Positions 1 through 10,403 of a stretch of DNA of 64,000 nt are shown one piece after another (within the stretch, counting starts at the first letter, position 1; the number at the start of each line of letters is the position of its first letter). The position numbers were made by a program, and so were the translations under genes. The DNA is taken from positions 1,280,001 through 1,344,000 of the forward strand of contig OZ223209.1 of the NCBI GenBank assembly GCA_965140415.1, written 5' to 3'. The notes beneath the pieces are model-generated. The model was given only the letters and a program-made list of their open reading frames with translations. It was not told the origin of the DNA and ran no database searches. The stretch comes from Myxococcota bacterium (GTDB taxonomy: Bacteria > Myxococcota_A > SURF-8).

Positions 1-3
1 TTT

Positions 4-143
4 TGTCGGGCAGAATCTGCCCGACCTACAATTGATATAGATATGCCAATAATAACATGTGGTTACATTTCCACAGTAGGTCGGGCAAATGTCTTGCCCG
101 ACATCATCAATCGGAAATGTCGGGTCCACTGGACCCGACCTAC
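4..143. repeat. Three GTAG-type REP-like palindromes (4-29 minus, 76-103 plus, 118-143 minus); the last two form an inverted REPIN/BIME-like pair
   Basis: Each copy reads GTAGGTCGGG-(short stem/loop)-CCCGACA: GTAGGTCGGGCAGATTCTGCCCGACA, GTAGGTCGGGCAAATGTCTTGCCCGACA, GTAGGTCGGGTCCAGTGGACCCGACA. Confidence 0.8.
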
Positions 144-163
144 GGGAAGATCCAGCTAAAATC

Positions 164-1849
164 CTAGATCCGTACGCGGCGTCTGCGCAGCAGAGTCAAC
201 GCTAGCAGCAGCAACAACGCCGGAGACGGCATCCCGGAGCCGCTACAATCCGAGCCGCTGCCAGATCCGCTGTCATCTCCATCGGTTACGGCATCGCCAT
301 CGGGAGTGCTATCGCCATCGGAGCTCTCGTCTCCGTCTGCAACCACATCGCCATCGGAGCTTTCGTCTCCATCGGCAATTACATCGCCATCGGAACTTTG
401 GTCGCCATCAGGGCTTGTGTCACCATCGGGAACTACGTCACCATCGGGAGTAGCGTCGCCATCAGGGCTTGTGTCACCATCGGGAGCTACGTCACCGTCT
501 GGGGTTACGTCACCGTCTGGGGTCGTGTCACCATCAGGGGTCGTGTCGCCATCGGGGGTGGCATCGCCATCGGGGGTGACATCGCCATCGGGAGTCACAT
601 CGCCGTCAGGAGTGACATCGCCATCGGGAGTCACATCGCCATCGGGAATGACATCGCCGTCTACGGCAGGCGGAATAATGTGAGCTGTCACCTGAACGGA
701 GGCGGGCCCGCCGCTGGGAGTTGGAGAAAAACTCACCGTTCCCGATCGTTCCCCGCTTGCATCGGCGGCGGGTTCGAACCAGAGTTGTACCATGGCACGG
801 CCATCGATATCCAGAGAGCCGCTTTCCGGAAGTACGCGCACACCTTGGATATCGGTCTGTGCCTGCCAATCGGCATAGCCGACGCCGCAGTTTTCCACAT
901 ACACGGGAACCTGGATCTTCTCTCCAGCCAGCACGTTTACATTCACGATTGCCGGGTCCACACAAAGCTGCTGATTGCCGCTGGGAATGGTCGCCGGGTC
1001 CACTTTCAGCCAGTAGGCCGAGAGCGCAAAGCAACTGCTGCCGCGTTTGATCTCGAAAAAGCCATCATCGCCCCAGTCGTCGCCCCAGCTATTCTTGGCT
1101 ATCCAGGAGTTATTGGCGTCGTTCCAGCCGACGAGCAACACGATGTGGTTACTGGCCAGCACGCAGCCGTCGTGTTCGTAGACGCCGCCGCTATAGCGGT
1201 AGAAGTCGCTGTAAACATTGGTTGTAACCGCCATCGGTCCGACCATCAGCTTTTCCTTGATGGCATCTTCGAAGAGTCCGCCGTAAATCGGACCCCAGTC
1301 CGAAATGTGTACGGCGCGGTCGAACCAGTCGCTACAGCGATCGTTGCAGTTACCTTCTTCGGCCAGGTAGGGATAGCATTCCTCATCGGGAATACCGATG
1401 TTCTTCAGATACAGCATCACTTCCTCGGCGATGCCGCCGTAATCGCAACTGCCCAAACCGCAGGAAACCATGGTCTGCTCGGACAGGTCGATGTCGTAGT
1501 CGGGATCGTTCAGGTGAATATTGATGGCCGCTTCCATGGCGGCGATGGTGCCGAAAGCCCAGCAGGAACCGCAGGATGCCTGATCGCGTACCGGCGAGGT
1601 CCAGTCGTGTCCGCCTTGATCGCGCCAGTTGAAATAAGCGGGAAGATCTTCGATGGGTTGAGGCGGGGGCTGGTCGGGATTGTAATCCACGTAGGGTTGC
1701 GGAACAAACAAACCCTCGGTCAAATGGGCGCGCTGCTGTTCCGGGGAAAGACGACCGATTGCGGTGTCACCGGACTGCCATTCGGCTTGAACGACCGCCG
1801 GAGCGAACAGCAATCCCATACAAAGCATCCACAGCATGACCCGTTTCAT
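164..1849 (-). CDS. Secreted papain-family (C1A) cysteine peptidase with Ig/BACON-like domain, PDGD repeat linker and MYXO-CTERM-like tail
   Basis: Motifs FNWRD, QASCGSCWAF, LSEQ, NHIVLLVGW, KNSWGDDWGDDGFF; signal peptide from MKRVMLW (ATG 1849, GAGGGAG upstream); tail GSDC...LLLLLALTLLRRRR. Confidence 0.9.
   Translation of the reverse strand: MKRVMLWMLCMGLLFAPAVVQAEWQSGDTAIGRLSPEQQRAHLTEGLFVPQPYVDYNPDQPPPQPIEDLPAYFNWRDQGGHDWTSPVRDQASCGSCWAFGTIAAMEAAINIHLNDPDYDIDLSEQTMVSCGLGSCDYGGIAEEVMLYLKNIGIPDEECYPYLAEEGNCNDRCSDWFDRAVHISDWGPIYGGLFEDAIKEKLMVGPMAVTTNVYSDFYRYSGGVYEHDGCVLASNHIVLLVGWNDANNSWIAKNSWGDDWGDDGFFEIKRGSSCFALSAYWLKVDPATIPSGNQQLCVDPAIVNVNVLAGEKIQVPVYVENCGVGYADWQAQTDIQGVRVLPESGSLDIDGRAMVQLWFEPAADASGERSGTVSFSPTPSGGPASVQVTAHIIPPAVDGDVIPDGDVTPDGDVTPDGDVTPDGDVTPDGDATPDGDTTPDGDTTPDGDVTPDGDVAPDGDTSPDGDATPDGDVVPDGDTSPDGDQSSDGDVIADGDESSDGDVVADGDESSDGDSTPDGDAVTDGDDSGSGSGSDCSGSGMPSPALLLLLALTLLRRRRVRI
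270..665 (-). repeat. Coding tandem repeat, mainly 18-bp units encoding PDGD(V/A/T)T
   Basis: About 20 DGD-containing units in the translation. Confidence 0.9.
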
Positions 1850-1984
1850 GGTACGACTCCCTCGTTGTTGGCCTACGACATCCTCTCCTTGTACATTCCG
1901 CCTTAACGGCAAACACCTGTATTACTGCTACAAGTTACAACCCGCCGAAAAGCACCGAAAACGGTACGGAACGCCAGAGGCCCG

Positions 1985-4015
1985 TCAGTATATGTCAACT
2001 TCCAGAGTATAGCTACCATAATCGGACGAGCCGTAGCCATCTACGATGATATAACCGATGCCGCCTGTCGTGATTTCCAATCCCAGCGATTCCGATCCGC
2101 AGAAAAACAATCCACAGGATGCTTCGTCCGCGCCGATGCACACCTGGGCCTGATCGCCACAGGGCGACTGTACCAGCAATACAGAGTCGAAGTCGGCATC
2201 CAGGTAGATGTCCATTTCCGAATTGTCCGGCAGACTGACGGCGTAGACCACATCCGGTGCGCTGGACTGGTTGTAATGAGAACCATCACAGCCCGCTACG
2301 CTGATATCGTTGCCTTGCCCGGAAGTGCTGCCGCTGTCGGAAAAATAGCTGGACGTAATCAGGAACGGCTCATCGCAGGTGCCGTTTTCTTCTGCCGGTT
2401 GCGCCTCGCAATCGGTGCGATCCCAGGCGCAGGTGTCGTTGCAGTCGCATTCGCCATCCCGATTCCAGCCGCAGGGGTTGTCTTCCCGGCAGCAATCGGT
2501 GCGCGAGCCGGTGTAGCCTTCGCAGACTGGCGCAGCGGTATCGCCGTCTACAACCTCATCACCATCGATAGGCGGGTTGTCGTCGCCGTCGATGGGCGGA
2601 TTGTCGTCGCCGTCGATGGGTGGATTGTCGTCGCCATCGATAGGCGGACCGCCCTGGCAATAGCCGTCGTCGGGTACGCAAAGCTCCACCAGGGTATCCA
2701 CTTCCTCGCAAACGTAACCGGACGGGCACTGCTGGCCGAAAAAGGCGCAGGGGGTTGCACAGCCGTTATTGATGCAGGCCGCATCGGACAGCGACCAGAT
2801 ATCACCACATTGGGAATCCGATGTACATGCCTCACACAGTTTGTATTGGCATTGACCACCCAGGCACACCTCACCCAAACCGCACTGGCTATCGAAATAG
2901 CATTCCTGCCCGGTGTTATAGTCGCCATCGATGGGTGGATTGTCGTCGCCATCGGGGAACGTGCCGTTGCAGTACATCGAGGTCGGCCAGCATTGACGTA
3001 CTTCGCTGTTCATTGCGCGACAGTAGGTATCCATCTGGGTGCAGCCCTGCCCCTGGGAGCAGTCCGTTCCGCAGAAGGTATTGCCGGAACCGTCGGGAAT
3101 ACAACGATCTTCCGGGCCGCCGCATTCGTCATCGGTCAAGCAGGCCTCGCAGAAGCCTTTGTCGCCCATCACGATTTCATCGCCATCGGCGGAGTCGTCG
3201 CCGTCGGGCTGGACTTCCGGTTCGCAGCGACCGCTACTGGGACGGCATTGCTTGCTGACCAGTTCGCCGGTGTTGCTGTAAATCGACGAGCAGATATAAT
3301 CCACCGGACAGACGGCGGTATCGCCGCACAAGCGCCCGCAATAGGTTGAACCGGAGGTGTCTTCCAGGCAGTAATTGCTGTATTCGCCCGGTTCGTTGCA
3401 ATCCGGGTCGCTTTGGCAGGGTTCGCACAAACCAAGATCCTGGGAACTGCTGTCGCCGTCGGGTTCCACGACATCGCCATCTTCGTTTTTATCGCCATCG
3501 GTCACATCGCCGAATGGAACGCACACACTGTTGTCACAGCGGTATCCGTCCGGGCAATCGCGGCTTTCACTGCAACGAATTTCGGCGTCGCCATCTTCGT
3601 TTTTGTCGCCGTCCGTGCTATCGCCGTCCACTTCCACGCAGATTCCCATAACCATGTCGCAGGTTTCATCGGCATTGCAGTCGGCGTTGGTGGTGCAATA
3701 TGGGGAGTAGTTGTCCTGGATGGTTTGGCAATATCCGTTCACGCAGTCCATGTTTTCCGGGCATTCTTCCCAGGTGATGCAGCTTGGAGAGGGAACGCAG
3801 GAATTGTTCTGGCAGACGAAGCCGGCCTGGCAGGCGCTGTCATTCACACAGAATTGCGGCGTTTCGCAGGCTCCCGCCATGCAGACTTCTCCCAACGAAC
3901 AATCCGCGTCGGTTTCGCAGGCCACGCCCTGGCTGGTTTCCTCGTTACAGGCCAAGCCGCTTAGTAATAAAACCACACCCAGTATGCCCCTGATGCATAG
4001 ACTGTATCCCCTCAT
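1985..4015 (-). CDS. Cys-rich lipoprotein with DGD linkers and a C-terminal PPC-like beta domain
   Basis: Lipobox GLAC after a hydrophobic stretch (ATG 4015); repeated C-x-x-D-x-D/E-C-x4-C-x4-C modules; PPIDGDDN repeats; C-terminus DVVY...FDSVL...YIIVDGY...YTLEV. Confidence 0.75.
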   Translation of the reverse strand: MRGYSLCIRGILGVVLLLSGLACNEETSQGVACETDADCSLGEVCMAGACETPQFCVNDSACQAGFVCQNNSCVPSPSCITWEECPENMDCVNGYCQTIQDNYSPYCTTNADCNADETCDMVMGICVEVDGDSTDGDKNEDGDAEIRCSESRDCPDGYRCDNSVCVPFGDVTDGDKNEDGDVVEPDGDSSSQDLGLCEPCQSDPDCNEPGEYSNYCLEDTSGSTYCGRLCGDTAVCPVDYICSSIYSNTGELVSKQCRPSSGRCEPEVQPDGDDSADGDEIVMGDKGFCEACLTDDECGGPEDRCIPDGSGNTFCGTDCSQGQGCTQMDTYCRAMNSEVRQCWPTSMYCNGTFPDGDDNPPIDGDYNTGQECYFDSQCGLGEVCLGGQCQYKLCEACTSDSQCGDIWSLSDAACINNGCATPCAFFGQQCPSGYVCEEVDTLVELCVPDDGYCQGGPPIDGDDNPPIDGDDNPPIDGDDNPPIDGDEVVDGDTAAPVCEGYTGSRTDCCREDNPCGWNRDGECDCNDTCAWDRTDCEAQPAEENGTCDEPFLITSSYFSDSGSTSGQGNDISVAGCDGSHYNQSSAPDVVYAVSLPDNSEMDIYLDADFDSVLLVQSPCGDQAQVCIGADEASCGLFFCGSESLGLEITTGGIGYIIVDGYGSSDYGSYTLEVDIY

Positions 4016-4405
4016 GGTACACCTCGCTCGCAAACTCGTTTTCTTTTGCGTTTTTTCCGTGGCGATATTGCAATGAATCCATGTTACCAATTACTGAACT
4101 GAATCGCAACTATTGATTTTAACAACATTAACGCATTGTGTCAACCTGGAATCGGAACACTTCGGGTTTTGTATGAAATATCTGTCTCTGATTTGAAATC
4201 TTCTAAAACTTACAGTTTTGTAAAACGTGTAGTGATTATGTGCTGCTTAGCTATGATTGATGTATATTATCAATACCTTAGCTGAAACTCGCGCAAATTC
4301 GGTCTTTTACAAAAAGGGAGAAATCTCCCGCCTCGGGAATGTTTTCCTTTTCCCGATTGTCTGGTATAGGGTAGGGGAGTCGCGCTATTTAAAGGATGAA
4401 CACGG

Positions 4406-5629
4406 ATGTTGCAAATCATGTTCTATGTGATCTTCAGCCTGGCATTTCTGCTATTTCATATTTATGTGGGACGTCGTTTGATCGGTCCCTCCAGCCTTTC
4501 CCGCTGGGGACGCGCAGGAGCCTGGGCGGTAGTTGCGACGTCCTATTTATTGTTGTTGGGTGGAAACGTTCTTTATCGCAACTGGACGACCGGGCCGCTG
4601 CCTGGGTGGTTGAGTGCTTTGCAATGGACGCTGTACATTTCCATGGGGTTACTGGTGCTGCTGCTCCTGTTGTTACTGGGACGCGATCTGTTGCGCCTCG
4701 GTTCGCGCATCCTGCGCCTGTTTCGTCGTTTGCTTCAACCGAAAGATTCCCGCAAAACGGATGCTCCCGATCCGTCGCGCCGCCTGTTTTTGACCAACTC
4801 CGTCAATGTCGGCGTGTTGGGCGCTTCCGGTCTGCTGATGGGTGCAGGCGTTTATCATGCAACGCAAGCCCCGACGGTCGAGCGGGTTCGCATTCCCATC
4901 CATAACTTGCCGCAGGAATTTGAAGGTTTCAGCATCGCGCAGATTTCCGATTTGCACATCGGGCCGACCTTGGGGCGGCGCTTCGTGGAATCGGTGGTGG
5001 ATACTGTCAACCGGCTGGGAGCGGATGCCATCGTGATGACCGGCGACATGATTGACGGACACGTGCCGCAGCTGCGCCCGGAGCTGGCTCCATTAACGGA
5101 ACTCCACGCCGCTGAAGGGCGCTACTGGGTAACGGGCAACCACGAGTATTACTGGGGTGCCCGGCGTTGGAGCGAAGAAGCGCAGCGGCTGGGGTTCGAC
5201 GTGCTGCAAAACGAGCATCGCGTGATTCGGCGCGGCAACGCCCGTTTGTTGATGGCCGGTGTCACCGACTACAACGGAGGCCGCTTCGACGAGTCCCATC
5301 GTTCCAATCCCGAAAAGGCGCTTATGGGTGCCAAGGCGGACGACGTAAAGATTCTCTTGGCGCATCAGCCGCGCAGTTGCTACGCGGCGACTCAGGCGGG
5401 GGTGGATTTGCAGCTTTCCGGCCATACTCATGGCGGGCAGTTCGTCCCCTGGAATTTGCTGGTGCGGTTGCAACAGCCTTACGTGGCGGGCTTATTTCGT
5501 CACGACGACAGGCTACAGGTTTACGTCAATCGCGGCACCGGTTATTGGGGACCGCCGCTGAGACTGGGAGTCCCTTCCGAAGTCAGCCTGCTTGAACTCG
5601 TACGCGAGCCGGAGAAGAAGACAACGTAG
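4406..5629 (+). CDS. Membrane-anchored metallophosphoesterase (YkuE-like)
   Basis: N-terminal TM helices; SDLH, GD, GNHE, LAHQP, SGHTHGGQ motifs. Confidence 0.9.
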   Translation: MLQIMFYVIFSLAFLLFHIYVGRRLIGPSSLSRWGRAGAWAVVATSYLLLLGGNVLYRNWTTGPLPGWLSALQWTLYISMGLLVLLLLLLLGRDLLRLGSRILRLFRRLLQPKDSRKTDAPDPSRRLFLTNSVNVGVLGASGLLMGAGVYHATQAPTVERVRIPIHNLPQEFEGFSIAQISDLHIGPTLGRRFVESVVDTVNRLGADAIVMTGDMIDGHVPQLRPELAPLTELHAAEGRYWVTGNHEYYWGARRWSEEAQRLGFDVLQNEHRVIRRGNARLLMAGVTDYNGGRFDESHRSNPEKALMGAKADDVKILLAHQPRSCYAATQAGVDLQLSGHTHGGQFVPWNLLVRLQQPYVAGLFRHDDRLQVYVNRGTGYWGPPLRLGVPSEVSLLELVREPEKKTT

Positions 5630-5756
5630 GCTTTCGTTGGGGTGATGAATTATTGATTATAATTTTCTTTGATATATTGTATTTTATTTGCAATCGATTT
5701 GAAAAACGGACAGTTGTTTGACCCATCAAATTGTTTGCCCGGCATCAGGAAAGACA

Positions 5757-6743
5757 ATGCAAATGCAATTTAGGACTATTAGGACAAAGCATCGCGTAGC
5801 GGTTTCTTTGCTAACTGTGCTTTGGGTAGCTACATTTCTTAATGGGTGCAAATCCTCATTAGAGCGCCTCGGAGATAGTCCTAATCAGAGATGCGGAGTT
5901 ACAGGTCAAGAGTCCATTGTAGAAACCAGCCTTGCTGTTAAACCTAGTTGGTTGACCGGCGCTGTCGAAACCCAAAAAGGAACATCCTTTTGGGTTGGAC
6001 GAAAAACCGGGGGAAGTAAAAATTTGGGGGATACTGTTGCTGACGCTCGTATGGATGCTTATCGGCAGATTGTTGAGTCCATGGGTGCAACTATTGGAGT
6101 ATGGTACGAAAGGCTTCGCCAACAGGATACGAATGAAATTCGAGAGGATCTCGTCGCTGTTTCAAGTGGTGCGGGAAGCGGTTGGAAAGAGTCGGAAATA
6201 TATTCGGAAAAGATAGAAACCTGTCAGGCAGACGGTTCTGTAGCCTATTCATACAATGTGTGGATACTGGTGGCGCTCGACAAGGCGCGTTTTCTTGCCT
6301 ATTATCGTGCACAACACGAACGACTTAAGCTGTCTGCACAGTTGAACGCCGAGAGATTTCGGCACGGCGAGCGCCTACGCATGGGAGTTCGCGTTTCGAA
6401 AGACGCGTATGTTTATGTCCTAGCTGTTTCGGAAAGCGGGCGAAGAATATTGGTCTATCCAAATGATATTGACGCAGAGAACTTCGTGCGAAAAAACAGT
6501 ATCTTTTATATCCCCCCTGAAACTCACGAATCTTACCTGGAAGTGGTGCTGCAACAAGATCAAACCGAAGCGACGGAATCGATGTTCGTTTATGGATTCT
6601 GCTCGGCGATTACACCTCCGTTAAGGGCGGAAAGCATTCTGGAAGCGTATGCTTCATGTAATGCAGGTAACGACCCTGTATGTTGTGCGGTGCAAGAGAT
6701 CAGGTATCGGATTGTGCGCAAAGAGAATTCTCTACATCATTAA
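5757..6743 (+). CDS. Lipoprotein with LPP20-like N-terminal region and DUF4384-like C-terminal domain
   Basis: Lipobox FLNGC; F..GE.LR..V.VSKDAYVYVL...G...LVYPN pattern; AT-rich; start uncertain (5718-5763). Confidence 0.6.
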   Translation: MQMQFRTIRTKHRVAVSLLTVLWVATFLNGCKSSLERLGDSPNQRCGVTGQESIVETSLAVKPSWLTGAVETQKGTSFWVGRKTGGSKNLGDTVADARMDAYRQIVESMGATIGVWYERLRQQDTNEIREDLVAVSSGAGSGWKESEIYSEKIETCQADGSVAYSYNVWILVALDKARFLAYYRAQHERLKLSAQLNAERFRHGERLRMGVRVSKDAYVYVLAVSESGRRILVYPNDIDAENFVRKNSIFYIPPETHESYLEVVLQQDQTEATESMFVYGFCSAITPPLRAESILEAYASCNAGNDPVCCAVQEIRYRIVRKENSLHH

Positions 6744-6767
6744 GAATTTATCTACATTTTAGGGATT

Positions 6768-8750
6768 TCACGGTTCATTATCATTATTTACTTCAGAGTC
6801 TACTATTGCACAGCGGAAAGATATATTTGCGCTTTCTCTAGAGACGTATTCCCAACCGATGGTATTAGCATCCTCAATTCTGAGAATTGCGTATGCACTG
6901 CTGTAACGGGGACTAGAAGAAGTCCACTCAAGGTTATCCCCTAGTGCCTGAAGTGAGTATGAGCTATCTGAAATTGTATCGGTACCATTTTTAATAGCCA
7001 GTTCCAATTGGAATTTATTAGGAGTATTGGAGGATACAAAAGTGCAATACCTTACGGCTGAATAAGTGTCAATTTCATTAACATACGCGGTTTTGGGTTG
7101 GGGATTCTGCCATTCACCATCATTGTTTACCGGATACCCCAGTTTATTGCAATCGCTATTGAGGACACAGATTTCGTATTGCTTATAGGTAATGGGAGAA
7201 CGGCTGATGTAAAATGAATCAACGGTTACATACTCTTTTTCTTGATCTGCACTCTTGCTTTTTTCTTCTTCTGGCATAAAGTGATCCCCTGGAATCCAAA
7301 CAAATTCGACTCCTTTGTCGAAGTAATTGACAATTTCGTGTGTGCCGTTTTGAATTTTCTCGAAATCTTCGTTAAAACGTTTGTAAGCCAACTCGAATTG
7401 CTGCTTGTACCAGTCTTTCTTCTTTGGAGGAATTCGTCGAGCCGGGGCATCCAGGAGTTTTTTCAGCAGAGATTTATGTTTCCGCCATTGTAAGAATGCC
7501 TTTCTCAATTCCAACGATCGAGCGGCCTTTTTCTTTTCCGCGGTTTCGTACATCGCCACGGCTTTTTTGGCAACAGTGATATGTTTTGGTTTTGCATCAA
7601 CGTGATTGATTACCTCTTCCCACGCGTTGGCTTTTTCCGAATAGGATGTACTCGAATTATCCTCTACATCCCAGGCGTGATTGAGCTGATCGTAAAACTC
7701 CTCTGAAATTCCAAATAGATCTTCTGGTGGCAACTCTCCCGTTTTGGTGATTTTGGGAGCGGGAGGTAAATCTGGGATAACACCGAACGGATTAGGTGGA
7801 GTAGGCTGAGGAACAGGTTTGAACCCCTTCAGGTTTGGCCCATGGCTTTTTGCTCTAATCGCCAGAACCATTTCGGAGTCTTCACTTGGAAAAAACTGCG
7901 GTTCCTGGTCGCGATTAGTTGTGTCGCGGATAGCTCGTCCGGCATAAGCCACCGCCTCACGCACCGTAACCTTTTGATCGTGATTTCCGATCAGGTCATT
8001 GTCTGCCCATCCAAGTAGAGCACCTAGCAAAAGGTAGCTAAATGCCGGGCGCGATTGCCCTTGTTGTAGTGGACCCGCCCATTGATCCTTACGACCGGCA
8101 GTAAGCAAGGTCGCGTTGCGCCCCGAATATGCGTTGTCTCGTACAATGCGGATAGCTTGATGTTTTCCGAAAAGAGAGTCAGATTTTTCGCTTCCGATAC
8201 GGCCACTGAAACAGGTGTCGATTACCATAACGATCTTGCGATGAAAACCGGTATTTGCCAATTCAAGCATCGCGTTTTTTGAGATTCCTGTTGCGTTGAT
8301 GATATCGGGATCTTGTTGTGCATTTGCTCCAAGTAACAGGAGGTCGTTTCCATCATTTGTGGGAATTCCGTGTCCGATAAAGACGATCCACAACAAAGCA
8401 TTGGGGCCAACATCCATTGCAACTTGTTCCAATTTCTTTAATATTTTACTTTTAACTCCTTTTTCATTTTTCAAAATCTGAATCTTGGATGAAGAAAGTC
8501 CGCGAACGGTAAGAAAGTATTTTTCCCAATCTTCGGCGTTGCTCACAGCACCCGGAACGGGTGCAATATGGTCGTATGCATCTATCCCGATTATTAGCGC
8601 TGCATCCTTTTCTCCCCCGCCTTGAAAGGTACTTTGTAACATTAAATCGGATAAATCCGGCCAAGTTGAACGGCTGCTATCCGCACTTGCAAGGTTCGAG
8701 GTAAAGAATAGAAGTAGACTAAAAAGTAAAGTGAGGAGAGCGCTACGCAT
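6768..8750 (-). CDS. Secreted caspase-family (C14) peptidase with degenerate C-terminal FGE-sulfatase/C-type-lectin-fold domain
   Basis: ALIIGIDAY, A.NDA-like AVSNA, FIGHG and IDTCFSG catalytic dyad; C-terminal FVWIPG...FYISRSPIT..QY...NLEWT...ISFRC; signal peptide; GGAGG upstream of ATG 8750. Confidence 0.75.
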   Translation of the reverse strand: MRSALLTLLFSLLLFFTSNLASADSSRSTWPDLSDLMLQSTFQGGGEKDAALIIGIDAYDHIAPVPGAVSNAEDWEKYFLTVRGLSSSKIQILKNEKGVKSKILKKLEQVAMDVGPNALLWIVFIGHGIPTNDGNDLLLLGANAQQDPDIINATGISKNAMLELANTGFHRKIVMVIDTCFSGRIGSEKSDSLFGKHQAIRIVRDNAYSGRNATLLTAGRKDQWAGPLQQGQSRPAFSYLLLGALLGWADNDLIGNHDQKVTVREAVAYAGRAIRDTTNRDQEPQFFPSEDSEMVLAIRAKSHGPNLKGFKPVPQPTPPNPFGVIPDLPPAPKITKTGELPPEDLFGISEEFYDQLNHAWDVEDNSSTSYSEKANAWEEVINHVDAKPKHITVAKKAVAMYETAEKKKAARSLELRKAFLQWRKHKSLLKKLLDAPARRIPPKKKDWYKQQFELAYKRFNEDFEKIQNGTHEIVNYFDKGVEFVWIPGDHFMPEEEKSKSADQEKEYVTVDSFYISRSPITYKQYEICVLNSDCNKLGYPVNNDGEWQNPQPKTAYVNEIDTYSAVRYCTFVSSNTPNKFQLELAIKNGTDTISDSSYSLQALGDNLEWTSSSPRYSSAYAILRIEDANTIGWEYVSRESANISFRCAIVDSEVNNDNEP

Positions 8751-8875
8751 TGTTAACAACCTCCGATGATGCAAATAAGTTTATTTATCTATATACAGAA
8801 TGTTGGTGAATTGTCAAATCTCGATAGAATTAAGAATTGCAGACGAAGTTACCCCGTTGATTCTCCACCCCCACC

Positions 8876-9961
8876 TCAATTCACATTACCTTGTTTCGAT
8901 TTCGTCTTGTCGGCCAGTTGCGCGTGGGCTTTCATTTCCGGCACCGGCAACAGCATCAGGTTCGTGCCGCCCGTTTCGGCGTCGTGGAAACTGGCCGCCG
9001 CCAGGCGTCCCTTTGGATGCAGCCAGACTTCCACGGCGGAACCGGACAGTTCCACGTCTTCGTGGCGGTCCATGCTGCGTGTGTAAAAACTTAGGATGTT
9101 GCCGGCGCGCCCTTGCTCGTCGGGCGGGATGGTGACGAAGAGGGAGGCGTCCGCCGGGATTGACAAATCGCCGGGGCTGTCGATGAACAGTACCAGTCGG
9201 CGCTCGTGGGTTTTCAAGTCCACCTGCTCCACGCGCAGAAAGCGGTTGCCGCGCTCGTCTAACAATTGATAGTGCAGCAGCAGGTGTTCGCCATCGGCCC
9301 AACCAATTGAAATCAGGTGCGAAGCAGGGTCCGAACCGGGGGGAATCAGCTCAGGTGTGCCGCCTTGCAGCGGTACGACGTAGGCTTCGTGACGAAACGC
9401 GCCCAACGACTTCAAATCCGGGGGCTGGTCGAGATCCGGCATCGGAATCGCCATAAAAGCGATGTGGCGGCCATCGGGGGAGGCGCAGGGTTTGGTCGGC
9501 TTGGAGGGCAGCTCTTTTAATGCAATCGCCTGCGCCTTGTCGCGTCCCTTTGGCAAAAAGACCAGGTTACCCGCTCTGTCCAGCGCCACGATACCGTGAT
9601 TTGCTGCGTAACTGGGAAAGCTGCCGCCATCTAGGGCGGAAAGTCGTTCCGTTTCAGGCTCGTCCGGGCGGCTGTAGTCGATCTCTACGATGCTGCGCTC
9701 GAACAACTGGTCGTTATTATTGATGTTCTTTCCTTCTTCCGGCAGAAGTCGCAGCGCCAGCAGGCGTGCTTCGGTCGGATGAAAGACCAGTTGCTCCTCG
9801 CGAAAAGCGCCCTGAGAAAGCCGGGTTAGGGCATCTGGCTCTTTACTCGGCGACTGCGTACAGCCGGAGGAGCAGACGCTACTTACGCCCAGCGTAATCA
9901 ACGCGCAGAAAAAGATGGGAACAATGGCAATCAATCGTGGAAAATGTCTTGACAATCTCAA
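8876..9961 (-). CDS. TolB-like beta-propeller lipoprotein
   Basis: SSGC lipobox; P..SPDGRHIAF (PD40-like) motif; start uncertain. Confidence 0.55.
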   Translation of the reverse strand: MRLSRHFPRLIAIVPIFFCALITLGVSSVCSSGCTQSPSKEPDALTRLSQGAFREEQLVFHPTEARLLALRLLPEEGKNINNNDQLFERSIVEIDYSRPDEPETERLSALDGGSFPSYAANHGIVALDRAGNLVFLPKGRDKAQAIALKELPSKPTKPCASPDGRHIAFMAIPMPDLDQPPDLKSLGAFRHEAYVVPLQGGTPELIPPGSDPASHLISIGWADGEHLLLHYQLLDERGNRFLRVEQVDLKTHERRLVLFIDSPGDLSIPADASLFVTIPPDEQGRAGNILSFYTRSMDRHEDVELSGSAVEVWLHPKGRLAAASFHDAETGGTNLMLLPVPEMKAHAQLADKTKSKQGNVN

Positions 9962-9977
9962 TATCCTCTGCTAGTCG
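9949..9977 (+). promoter_or_regulatory. Possible sigma70 promoter for rpsU
   Basis: TTGACA, 17-bp spacer, TG-extended TAGTCG (weak -10). Confidence 0.35.
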
Positions 9978-10122
9978 TAATGGCCCTGTAGCCCTTTGAG
10001 GTTACGGTTGTATACAGTACGTTAATCACGCCCCCGGGGCAAGGAAAGAAGGCAAAGTGCGAAATAATTACGACGGCAAGGGTACACGAAAGATGGGAAG
10101 TCCGCAACGAGGCAGGGATGGA

Positions 10123-10311
10123 ATGACCTGTTTGGAAGTGCGGGTCAACGATGACTTGGAAAAAGCGATCCGTGCGCTGAAGAAGAAAATGGCTCAGGAA
10201 GGGTTGTACAAGGAAATGAAGAAGCGTCGCTTCTACGAAAAACCCTCCGTGCGCCGCAAGCGGAAATCAGACGAGGCCGAGCGCCGTCGCCGGAAGAACG
10301 CCCATCGTTAA
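10123..10311 (+). CDS. rpsU: 30S ribosomal protein S21
   Basis: LEKAIRALKKK...EMKKRRFYEKPSVRRKRK signature; exact start uncertain. Confidence 0.93.
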   Translation: MTCLEVRVNDDLEKAIRALKKKMAQEGLYKEMKKRRFYEKPSVRRKRKSDEAERRRRKNAHR

Positions 10312-10365
10312 ATCGGTCGTTTTCGCGCGATTCCAATAGGTTCTTTCATTGCCTGATAAGATAAC

Positions 10366-10403
10366 GAGGAACTCTCTCTCTAGAGGGGTTCCTCTATTTT
10401 TTT
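10366..10403 (+). terminator. Rho-independent terminator
   Basis: GAGGAACTCTCT/AGAGGGGTTCCTC stem followed by T run. Confidence 0.75.

Noticed and set aside
306-1906. Plus-strand SPSG-repeat and 502-aa ORFs
   Set aside because: Antisense readings of the protease gene and its PDGD repeats
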